Shown piece after piece: positions 31,944 through 39,936 of a DNA stretch of 64,000 bases. Position numbers and translations under genes: made by a program. Origin of the DNA: Gemmatimonadota bacterium. GTDB taxonomy: Bacteria; Gemmatimonadota; Gemmatimonadetes; Gemmatimonadales; Gemmatimonadaceae. Positions within the stretch are counted from its first letter, which is position 1, and each line of letters opens with the position of its first letter. Location of the stretch: contig JANMLN010000054.1 in assembly GCA_031372565.1 (NCBI GenBank), forward strand, positions 55,063-119,062, in the 5' to 3' direction. The notes under the pieces were generated by a model that did no database searches, had not been told where the DNA came from, and worked only from the letters and a program-made list of their open reading frames with translations.

Positions 31944-34900
31944 TCACCCCTTGAAGGTGGCCTTCCGCAGCCGCTCGATGCGGCCGCGCACATCGCGCAC
32001 CACAACCTGCAGCTCGGGGTCTGCGTTCTTGTAGAGCTCCACGAACGCCTCGTAGTGCTCGAGCGCCTTGAGCGGCTTCCCCTTGGCCTCGTACAGCTCG
32101 CCGAGCTTCTGGTGGCTGCGCGCGGTCTCGTAGACTCCCGTGCTGAAGGTGCGCACGAACCCCGGCGTCGCGAGGTACGCTTCGAGCGTCGCGATGGCCG
32201 AATCGGGTTGATTGAGCTTCTGGTACGCGCTGGCGACATCGGGTCCGAAGCGCTGTATCCCGGCTGCCTTGAAGCGCGTCATCCCGTCCTTCCACAGGCG
32301 GAGTGCTTCGTCTGTCCGGCCCGCGGCCATGGCGCTGGCGCCGCGCACTTCGGCCAGTCTGACTTCGTCAAACAGACGATTCGATTCCGTGGTGCGGCGC
32401 TCGAGGTCACGCGTGAACGCGTTGGCCTGTTCGGTGAGACCCAGCGCAAACAGGTCCCTCGCCCAATCGCCGTAGCGTCGATCTGCCGCGGGCATCGAAG
32501 CGGGAGGGTTGGCACGGAGCGCGGCGAGCGCGGCGGCGCGAGCGCCCTGCACGTCGCCGAGCAGCAACGCGCGCGCCGCTGCATCTCCGAGTGCGCTCCC
32601 CAGCCGATCCACCGGCACTCCCCCCTGCCGGTCGGCGCTGTCGACCTCGGCGTAGGCCGCGATCCCGGCCCGCACGCGTCCCTGCGTGAGGTGGCTGGCC
32701 GCGAGCACGCGCATGGCCCGACTCACGTCCACCGGCAGCTTGGCGGTCGTGCGCAAGGAGAGCCGCGTGATCGAATCCGCGTCCGCGTAGCGTCCCTGAT
32801 CCAGCGCGATCCAGCCCCGAAATCCCATCGGCTGCGCATTCTGGGGCCCGAGCGCCAGCTGCGACGAATCCTGCAGTGCCAGCGCCTCGGCCGCTCGCCC
32901 CTGCTCGAGCAGGATACGCGTGAGGTTGAGCCAGCCGGTCTGGATGCCGGGCTCGACCCGGATCGCCCGACGCAGCAGCGGCTCGGCCTGCTTCCATTCG
33001 CCTTGCCGCATGAACAGCACGGCCAGGTTGTTGGAGGCCGGGAAGAACAGCGTGTCACGTTCGACCAGCGTCTCGAGCGCCATCGCGGCTTGTCGCAGGT
33101 CTTCGCGCGGGCCACTGGTGAAGTACGAGGCTTCCGTGAGCAGCCGCTCCGACTCGCTCAGCCGATCGCGCGACTGGTAGGCCTTGGTCAGCAGCCGGGA
33201 GATCTCCTCCTGCGACCCGCGCTCGTTGCTGAGCGTGACCGCCAGCTTGCGATACGCCGACGCGAAGCCGCTGTCCAGGCGGATCGCCTCGGTGAGATAG
33301 CTCCGCGCCGCCACGATGTCGCGTCGCTCCTCGGCGGCGCGCATGCCCTGCACGTAGAACTTGAGCGCCTCGACACTCGCCGTGGTGACCCGCTCCAGGG
33401 GCTTCGCATCGCGAATGTCCTTGAAGGAGTCGCCCACCCGCTCGCGGAGCGCGCGCGACAGCCGCTCGACGGCGGGGAGCAGATCGTTCGACGTCGCGGC
33501 CGTCTCGCGGAACGCGCCCAGCTCCTCGCCCGTCTGCGTGGTCACGAGCCGTGCGGCCACCACGTAGCCGTTCCCCAGTTGCACGATCTCGCCATCGACG
33601 ATCGCCTTGATCCCTTCGCGCGTGGCGACCTCGCGCGCGAGCGGGAGGTCCACGCCCACGTCCACCGGGCGGCGCATGAGGCGCAACACATCGCGCACGT
33701 TGGCGCGCGAGAGCACGCGCATCGATCGCGACTGGGCAAGGTCGGCGCGCAGCGCCTCGGTGAGCGTCACGCCGAGTGCGGTATCGGAGGCCGGCGACTT
33801 GAAGTCGGCGAGGATCAGGCGCGTGTTCCGCTCGAGTTCGCCCCGGCCGATCAGCGAGCCGGCCGGGCCGATGCCATAGGCACGGGCCACCATGAAGCCG
33901 CCGACCCCCACCACGAAGAGCCCCACTGCGATCGCCCCGCCCAGCGCGGTCCGGCGCCAGGAGAGGTGCGGGCTCGCCTTGACTGCCATCGTGTGGAGCG
34001 TGCCGTGCGCCTGCTGTCCTCCGCCGGGGGTGAACGCCGGCGTCATCGTGAACTGCCGATACGCGATGCGCTGCGCGTACCAGGTGAACAGGATGACCGG
34101 GAGCCCCAACAACATGACGCCCCCCGCCATCGGCATCGCCCACTTCGGCAGGCCTACGCTGATGCTCGCGGCCCAGACGACGAACAGGACGAGGGCCGTG
34201 CTCGCAGCCCAGAGGCCGAGCGCCCGGCCCACCGGCACGCGCCCGCCCTGCAGAATGACCGGCGCCGCGACACCGGCTCCCGAGCTCAGCACCGAGTCGA
34301 GCACGCGCACGATGTCGGTTGCCTGATTCGGCCGGTCGCTCGGCCCCTTCTCGAGGCAGGCCATGACGACCTTTGCCAGCGGAGCGGGCACATCGGGGCG
34401 CAGCTGCTCGATCGGACGCGGCCGTTCGCTGAGCGCGGCGGCGAGCATCTTGGCCGGGCTGCGTCCGGCAAAAGGGGCGGCGCCGGTGAGCATCTCGTAG
34501 GCCATGGCGCCGTAGGCGTAGAGATCGGCGTGATGGTCCACATCGGGGTCGCCGGCCGCCTGCTCGGGGGCCATGTAGGCGGGGGTGCCGATGGACATCC
34601 CGGTGCCCGTCAGCGCGCCGCTGCCCGCCGTCGTCCGGGCAGCCGAGATGGCCTTGGCGATGCCGAAGTCGGTGACCGTGGCGCTCCCCTCGGAGAGGAG
34701 CACGTTGTCGGGCTTGATGTCGCGATGCACCACGCCGCGCGCGTGCGCGAAGGCGAGGCCGCGCGCCACATCGCGCAGGATGCCGATCGTTTCGCCGATC
34801 CCGAGCGCGCCCTCGGCGAGCCGCTGCCGCAGCGACAACCCTTCCACGAACGGCATCGTGAACCACGGGAGCCCGTCGGCGTCACCCGTGGCGAGCACCG

Positions 34901-35132
34901 GCACCACATGGGGGTGCTGCAGCGACGCGGCGAGCATGACCTCGCGCTTGAACCGCTCGACACTGACGCCGGCGAGCAGCTCGGGGGCGAGCACCTTGAC
35001 GACCACGCGCCGATTGAGGGCCCGCTCGGTGGCGACGAAGGTGCGCGACATCCCGCCGCCGCCCAACTCGGCACCGATGTCGTGCGTGGCGCCGAGGGCG
35101 GCCACAAGGTGGGATCGGACGTCGTCGAGCAA
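31944..35132 (-). CDS. Ser/Thr protein kinase with TM segments and TPR-like repeats
   Basis: GGGGMS, HRDIKPDN, DFG, GTPAYMAPE; three hydrophobic helices; helical repeats. Confidence 0.92.
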   Translation of the reverse strand: MLDDVRSHLVAALGATHDIGAELGGGGMSRTFVATERALNRRVVVKVLAPELLAGVSVERFKREVMLAASLQHPHVVPVLATGDADGLPWFTMPFVEGLSLRQRLAEGALGIGETIGILRDVARGLAFAHARGVVHRDIKPDNVLLSEGSATVTDFGIAKAISAARTTAGSGALTGTGMSIGTPAYMAPEQAAGDPDVDHHADLYAYGAMAYEMLTGAAPFAGRSPAKMLAAALSERPRPIEQLRPDVPAPLAKVVMACLEKGPSDRPNQATDIVRVLDSVLSSGAGVAAPVILQGGRVPVGRALGLWAASTALVLFVVWAASISVGLPKWAMPMAGGVMLLGLPVILFTWYAQRIAYRQFTMTPAFTPGGGQQAHGTLHTMAVKASPHLSWRRTALGGAIAVGLFVVGVGGFMVARAYGIGPAGSLIGRGELERNTRLILADFKSPASDTALGVTLTEALRADLAQSRSMRVLSRANVRDVLRLMRRPVDVGVDLPLAREVATREGIKAIVDGEIVQLGNGYVVAARLVTTQTGEELGAFRETAATSNDLLPAVERLSRALRERVGDSFKDIRDAKPLERVTTASVEALKFYVQGMRAAEERRDIVAARSYLTEAIRLDSGFASAYRKLAVTLSNERGSQEEISRLLTKAYQSRDRLSESERLLTEASYFTSGPREDLRQAAMALETLVERDTLFFPASNNLAVLFMRQGEWKQAEPLLRRAIRVEPGIQTGWLNLTRILLEQGRAAEALALQDSSQLALGPQNAQPMGFRGWIALDQGRYADADSITRLSLRTTAKLPVDVSRAMRVLAASHLTQGRVRAGIAAYAEVDSADRQGGVPVDRLGSALGDAAARALLLGDVQGARAAALAALRANPPASMPAADRRYGDWARDLFALGLTEQANAFTRDLERRTTESNRLFDEVRLAEVRGASAMAAGRTDEALRLWKDGMTRFKAAGIQRFGPDVASAYQKLNQPDSAIATLEAYLATPGFVRTFSTGVYETARSHQKLGELYEAKGKPLKALEHYEAFVELYKNADPELQVVVRDVRGRIERLRKATFKG

Positions 35133-35355
35133 GGGGGGACGAGAGGGGGTCGCGCCGGTGGCCGGCGGGGCGCGCGGGCGCGTCAGCGGGAACGGTAGTC
35201 CGATGCGCTGTGGGGCGCCAGCCGCAGCGGGGAGGGGATGTGCGCCGCCGCGTCGGGAGGCGCCCGAGGGCCGCTGCGTCGTGCGACCGGCGACCGCGCC
35301 CTATACTCGACTGCACCCGCTCGAACGTCCTCTCCTGAACAGGAGCAACGCGCCC

Positions 35356-36294
35356 ATGAAATCCATCGTCATCGCGCAACTGGCCCTCGTCTATCTCGCC
35401 GCCAGCCCGGCGGTCCGCTCCGGCGCCGCCTTCGACGTGCGCAACGAGGTGGAGTTCCGCAAGCTCTTCGCCGCCGATGCCAAGGTGACGAAGCTCGCGG
35501 GCGGCTTCGGCTTCATCGAAGGGCCGGTCTGGATCCCGCGTGATGGCGGCTACCTCGTCTTCAGCGATATCCGGAAGAACCAGCTGAACAAGTGGACGCC
35601 GAAAGACGGCATCACGACCTTTCGCGAGCCCAGCCGGAACGCGAACGGCAACACGCTCGACCGCCAGGGCCGGCTCATCACGGCCGAGCACAGCGGACGC
35701 CGCGTGGCGCGCATGCAGCAGGATGGCAGCCTGGTCACGATCGTCGACCGGTTCAACGGCAAGAAGCTCAACTCCCCGAACGATGTGGTCGTGAAGTCGG
35801 ACGGTTCGTTCTGGTTCACGGACCCGCCATACGGCGTGCCGGACGGCGAGGTCAAGGAACAGCCCGGGAACTACCTGTTTCGTCATGACGACGCGACCGG
35901 GACGACCACGCTGCTCGCCGATGATTTCGACATGCCGAACGGGCTCTGCTTCTCGCCGGACGAGAAGCGACTCTACGTGGCCGACTCCGGCAAGCCGCAT
36001 CACATCCGCGTGTTCGACGTCGCCGCCAACGGCACCATCCGCAACGGCCGCGTCTTTGCCGTGATCGAGAAAGGGGTGCCGGACGGGATCCGCTGCGACA
36101 CGAAGGGTCGCGTCTGGTCGAGCACGGGCAACGGCGCGGATGTCTTTGCACCGGACGGCTCGCTCATCGTGAAGATCAATCTTCCCGAGGCCGCCGCGAA
36201 CCTCTGCTTCGGCGGCAAAGACGGGATGACCCTCTTCCTCACCGCGCGCGAAGGGCTCTACGCGGTGCAGATGAAGGTGAAGGGCGCGAAGTGA
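35356..36294 (+). CDS. SMP-30/gluconolactonase family protein
   Basis: EGPVW, FSDI, LNSPND, FTDPPYG, PNGLCFSPDE, PDGIRCD. Confidence 0.93.
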   Translation: MKSIVIAQLALVYLAASPAVRSGAAFDVRNEVEFRKLFAADAKVTKLAGGFGFIEGPVWIPRDGGYLVFSDIRKNQLNKWTPKDGITTFREPSRNANGNTLDRQGRLITAEHSGRRVARMQQDGSLVTIVDRFNGKKLNSPNDVVVKSDGSFWFTDPPYGVPDGEVKEQPGNYLFRHDDATGTTTLLADDFDMPNGLCFSPDEKRLYVADSGKPHHIRVFDVAANGTIRNGRVFAVIEKGVPDGIRCDTKGRVWSSTGNGADVFAPDGSLIVKINLPEAAANLCFGGKDGMTLFLTAREGLYAVQMKVKGAK

Positions 36295-36328
36295 CGGCGC
36301 GCCACGGCATCTGTGGATATACGCTCAA

Positions 36329-36373
36329 TTGTTATAGCTAATCTGATTGTAACAATAGCAATTAGCATAACAA
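36329..36373. promoter_or_regulatory. AT-rich imperfect palindrome (putative operator)
   Basis: ttgttatagctaatctgattgt-a-acaatagcaattagcataacaa; arms nearly complementary. Confidence 0.5.
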
Positions 36374-36489
36374 GATGTTGATGCGCTCTGGGTTGCATTA
36401 CAGGTGCAGATGTGAGCAGATATCGGCACACGGAATCTCCGCGCATGCATAACTGTTATATTTATTCAACATTTCACCTCAGAGCCCAC

Positions 36490-36933
36490 ATGTCCACCAC
36501 TTCGTTCCGGTCCCTCGCCACTACGGCTGCTGCGTTCGGCACCCTCTCCTTCGCGGGCGTGCTCGGGGCACAGTCCGCGCGGCCGGCCGAGTTGCGCGCG
36601 ATCCCCGCAGCGATGGTGCGCACGGCGGCGATGACCCCGCGCGTGGTCGCCAGCTACGCGTTCCGCACCCAGGCCGCCGATGTCGCGCTCCCGTACCTGG
36701 TGACCGTCGCCGATTCGGCCGGCACCCTCGTCGCGCAAGCCTCGATTCGCGGCCAGACGCGCGACATTCCGATGGAGATCACCGTCCTCGGCCCGGACCT
36801 GGTGCTGCAAGGGATGACCGACCACGGCGTGTTGACGGTCGTCCTCGACGGCCAGCACGAAGGCAGCGGCACGCATGTCGCCCGCGGCCGGTGGACGCTC
36901 GGCAAGGACGGCGGCGCGCTGTTCTCGAAGTAG
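36490..36933 (+). CDS. Hypothetical secreted protein
   Basis: Signal-peptide-like N-terminus, host-like codon usage, beta-rich C-terminus. Confidence 0.7.
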   Translation: MSTTSFRSLATTAAAFGTLSFAGVLGAQSARPAELRAIPAAMVRTAAMTPRVVASYAFRTQAADVALPYLVTVADSAGTLVAQASIRGQTRDIPMEITVLGPDLVLQGMTDHGVLTVVLDGQHEGSGTHVARGRWTLGKDGGALFSK

Positions 36934-36978
36934 GCGCGGCGTGTGCCGCGCGTCAGGTGAGACGAGTGGCCACCGCCC

Positions 36979-37806
36979 TCAGGGCGTGGCCTCTCGTGGC
37001 GGTACCGCGCTCACCGTGAGGCGGTCGGTGCGCTCCCGCTCCCAGTCACTGACGCGAAAACCGTTCGCCTCGAAGATGTCGCGGATCGCGGTCGGGCTGA
37101 GCGGGAAGAACCGATGGAGAATCGGCATCAGCACGGTGAACGCGCTGTCGCTCAGCACGGTACGCTTCGCGATGCGCGCCAGTTGCGGATTCTCCGACAC
37201 GGCGACGGTGAACCCGTCGCCATTGTTGACGTGCAGCATCACGTGCACGTCGGAGCTGCCGTCGCCGATGTAGACGACGCGATCCGATGCGATGTCGAGG
37301 CGTCGACGCAGCCCCTCGATCACCGCCACCTTGCCGTAGCCGGCCGGCACGCGGCGCACCGAGCGCACCTCACCGGTGTGTTCGTCGAAATCGAGCTCGG
37401 TGCCGATGATGTTCTCCGGCGGCACCACGCCGTGCAACGCCGCCTCGACGACGAGTCGCGGTGCGGCCGAGACCACGAAGAACTGGAAGCGCGCGTCGTC
37501 GTGGCCGCGCGCGAGGAAGTTCACGAGCTGGGGAATCCCGCTCTTCAGGCGCACGCGCCGCCCCGCCTCGCTCAGGTGCTCGCGCCGCACGCCGCGGAAC
37601 TCCGGATCGTGGCGAATGAGGTACGCGAGCTCGCCGCCCTGCTGCACCAGGTTGGTCTCGGCGAGCCCCGCCACCCGCGCCTCGAACCCACGCATGCCCA
37701 GCAGCTCGCTCAGCACGACGCCCGAGTCGTTGAAGCTCAGCGTCTGGTCGAAGTCCGACGCGATCAGGAAGAGGCGCTCGGCAGCCGGTGCGTTCGATTC
37801 GGACAT
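36979..37806 (-). CDS. HAD-superfamily phosphatase (phosphoserine-phosphatase-like)
   Basis: Motif I DFDQTL, VSA, GK, motif IV GDGSSD. Confidence 0.88.
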   Translation of the reverse strand: MSESNAPAAERLFLIASDFDQTLSFNDSGVVLSELLGMRGFEARVAGLAETNLVQQGGELAYLIRHDPEFRGVRREHLSEAGRRVRLKSGIPQLVNFLARGHDDARFQFFVVSAAPRLVVEAALHGVVPPENIIGTELDFDEHTGEVRSVRRVPAGYGKVAVIEGLRRRLDIASDRVVYIGDGSSDVHVMLHVNNGDGFTVAVSENPQLARIAKRTVLSDSAFTVLMPILHRFFPLSPTAIRDIFEANGFRVSDWERERTDRLTVSAVPPREATP

Positions 37807-37978
37807 TGCACACCCCTCTAGTTGATATGTCATGTACCGATTGTTAATATAGCGGGTGGCAGCTCGCGGTGGCAGGCGTTCGGCTTTTCATGGCAGCGTT
37901 ACAAATAGCACTGTCTGGACACCCGACCTGCCATCCGAAGCGTCAGCATCCAACCTGACATTGCAGGATGACACGTTC

Positions 37979-39097
37979 ATGGCCCGCCTTCGCACCACCA
38001 AGCATCAGCAGGTCTACAGTGCGCTGCTGCGCGAGATCCAGCAGGGACGCTGGAAGGAGGGCGAGCGGCTGCCCAGCGAGGCGCAGCTCGTCGAGCGGTT
38101 CGGGCACTCCCGCATCACGGTCGGTCGCGCGCTCCGCGACTTGCAGACCGCCGGCATCATCAGTCGACGTGCCGGGTCGGGCACCTTCGTCAGCCGAGCG
38201 CGCGACGATGCCGGGTACTCGTTCGGTTTGCTCATTCCCGATCTCGGCGAGACCGACATCTTCGAGCCGCTCTGCCGCGGCATGATGGCATCGCCGCTCG
38301 CGCGCGAGCATGCGCTCGTGTGGGGCAGTGCGTCGCGCGATGACACCCCGGGCACGGCGGAGCGGCGCGGCGAACGCGCGTGGCAGCTGTGCCGCCAATA
38401 CGTGGAGCGACAGGTCGACGGCGTCTTCTTCGCGCCCGTGGAGGTGACCCCAGCGCCTGGCGACTTCAATCATCGCATCGTGGACGCCCTCGACGCGGCG
38501 CGGATCCCGGTCGTGCTGCTCGACCGCACGGTCACGCCGTATCCCGATCCTGGCCGACACGACCTCGTGGGCATCGACAATCGCCGAGCGGGCTACGTGA
38601 TGACGGAGCACCTGCTGAGCGCGGGCGCCAAACGCGTGGTCTTCGTGCGGCAGCCCAACAGCGCGCCCACGGTCGACGCGCGTGAGGCCGGCTATCGGGA
38701 GGCCATGTACGCGACGCACGGGTCCTCCGACGGCACCGTGAGCGTGCGGCTCGATCCCGACGACAGCGCGGCGGTCAAGGCGCTGCTGCGCACGCGGAAG
38801 CCCGACGCCCTGGTGTGCGCGAACGACCGCACGGCCGGACGTCTCATGCACACGTTGCGCCGCCTGCGGGTGGCCATCCCGGGCAGCGTGCGGCTGGTGG
38901 GCATCGACGACGTCGAATACGCCGCCATGCTGCCGGTCCCGCTCACCACGTTGCGACAGCCCACCAGCGCGCTTGGCGAAGTCGCGCTCTCGGTCATGCT
39001 GGCACGCGTGGCCCAGCCGTCGCTTCCGCCGCGGGATACGCGGTTGCGATGCGAGCTGGTGGTGCGGGACTCTTGCGGGAGTCGCGGGTCGCGGTAG
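37979..39097 (+). CDS. GntR-HTH / LacI-type effector-domain regulator (AraR-like)
   Basis: LPSEAQL...SRITV...GSGTFV; IDNRRAG, CANDRTA, GIDD, LTTLRQP. Confidence 0.92.
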   Translation: MARLRTTKHQQVYSALLREIQQGRWKEGERLPSEAQLVERFGHSRITVGRALRDLQTAGIISRRAGSGTFVSRARDDAGYSFGLLIPDLGETDIFEPLCRGMMASPLAREHALVWGSASRDDTPGTAERRGERAWQLCRQYVERQVDGVFFAPVEVTPAPGDFNHRIVDALDAARIPVVLLDRTVTPYPDPGRHDLVGIDNRRAGYVMTEHLLSAGAKRVVFVRQPNSAPTVDAREAGYREAMYATHGSSDGTVSVRLDPDDSAAVKALLRTRKPDALVCANDRTAGRLMHTLRRLRVAIPGSVRLVGIDDVEYAAMLPVPLTTLRQPTSALGEVALSVMLARVAQPSLPPRDTRLRCELVVRDSCGSRGSR

Positions 39098-39121
39098 GCG
39101 TGGGGCGCGGCCGGTTGTGGG

Positions 39122-39164
39122 TCGGCGCCCTCGACGTCTGGTCGTGGCTCCGTGAGCGCGTGCT
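39122..39164 (+). repeat. 43-bp direct repeat, copy 1
   Basis: tcggcgccctcgacgtctggtcgtggctccgtgagcgcgtgct; 39/43 identical to 39883-39925. Confidence 0.85.
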
Positions 39165-39174
39165 TCGGAAAGCC

Positions 39175-39212
39175 GCCCAACGAACAAGGTTCAGCTGCAG
39201 CCGGCGTTAGCC
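39175..39212 (-). other. Shortened attC-like site
   Basis: Minus strand GGCTAAC-gccggctgcagctgaaccttgttc-GTTGGGC; the toxin stop lies inside the R''-like box. Confidence 0.45.
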
Positions 39213-39461
39213 AACCAGGCGATCGTATTCGGCATGTGAGCCGATCCAGAACCAGAGACATCCGTCCGGCACCTGCACCGCCAAGGCGCGGTAATGGAGT
39301 CCGACGCGCACCGAGCGAAACCGACCGATGGTCTTGAATTGCAGCGACGGGTGGCGCTCATCCTGCTTGAGCAGCGCGAAGTTCTTGTCAGCGAGGGCCC
39401 GCACATTGGTGGGCAGGGCCTCGTAGCGCGCCCAGAACTCCGCGGACGCGTGGTGGATCAA
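39207..39461 (-). CDS. RelE/ParE-like toxin
   Basis: 84 aa; FWARYEALP, HPSLQFK, SVRVGLHYRAL, WFWIGSHAEYD. Confidence 0.82.
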   Translation of the reverse strand: MIHHASAEFWARYEALPTNVRALADKNFALLKQDERHPSLQFKTIGRFRSVRVGLHYRALAVQVPDGCLWFWIGSHAEYDRLVG

Positions 39462-39658
39462 AGGGGGCGCGAGTGTCCGGCGCGATGCTGAGCGAGGGCC
39501 GCGTCTGCGGCGGCATCAAGTGCCCCGCGGGCGACGTCGGCCTCGAGCTGCTGATCCCACGCGGCCGCGTCGTACGTGCTGAACCACGCGCGAAACGTGG
39601 CAAGTTCGCGCGGATTCAGGCGGGCCACTTCGCGTTCAATCTTCTCGATGTCGGTCAT
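39458..39658 (-). CDS. Putative antitoxin
   Basis: 66 aa, WDQQLEAD...G.LD; 4-bp overlap with the toxin start. Confidence 0.75.
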   Translation of the reverse strand: MTDIEKIEREVARLNPRELATFRAWFSTYDAAAWDQQLEADVARGALDAAADAALAQHRAGHSRPL

Positions 39659-39882
39659 CTGCTCTCCCTGCGCGAGGACCTCTGGAAGATAGGCCATCTG
39701 CTCGTGGTTGGCTAACGCGATGTCGACGGCCTTCCACGACTACTTGGAGTGCACGCTGCGCCGCGATCTGTTCTTGAGCAGGCCGACAGTGACATGTCGC
39801 GACCGTTGCCTCGTGACCGCTCATTCAGTTCAGCTCTGGATCGAACGACTGCCCGAGTTCGTTGGGCACTGCCGGCAGTTGA

Positions 39883-39925
39883 TCGGCGCCCTCGACGTCA
39901 GGCCGTCGCTCCGTGAACGCGTGCT
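39883..39925 (+). repeat. 43-bp direct repeat, copy 2
   Basis: tcggcgccctcgacgtcaggccgtcgctccgtgaacgcgtgct. Confidence 0.85.
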
Positions 39926-39936
39926 GGTGTCGTGCG

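Noticed and set aside
31746..35198. 1150-aa plus-strand ORF and similar long antisense ORFs (e.g. 41894-44470, 2373-4205, 20961-22802)
   Set aside because: Shadow ORFs opposite well-supported genes; expected in high-GC DNA; no motifs
37810..37860. Possible GntR operator (atgtcatgtac) between the HAD and regulator genes
   Set aside because: Symmetry too weak to support from sequence alone
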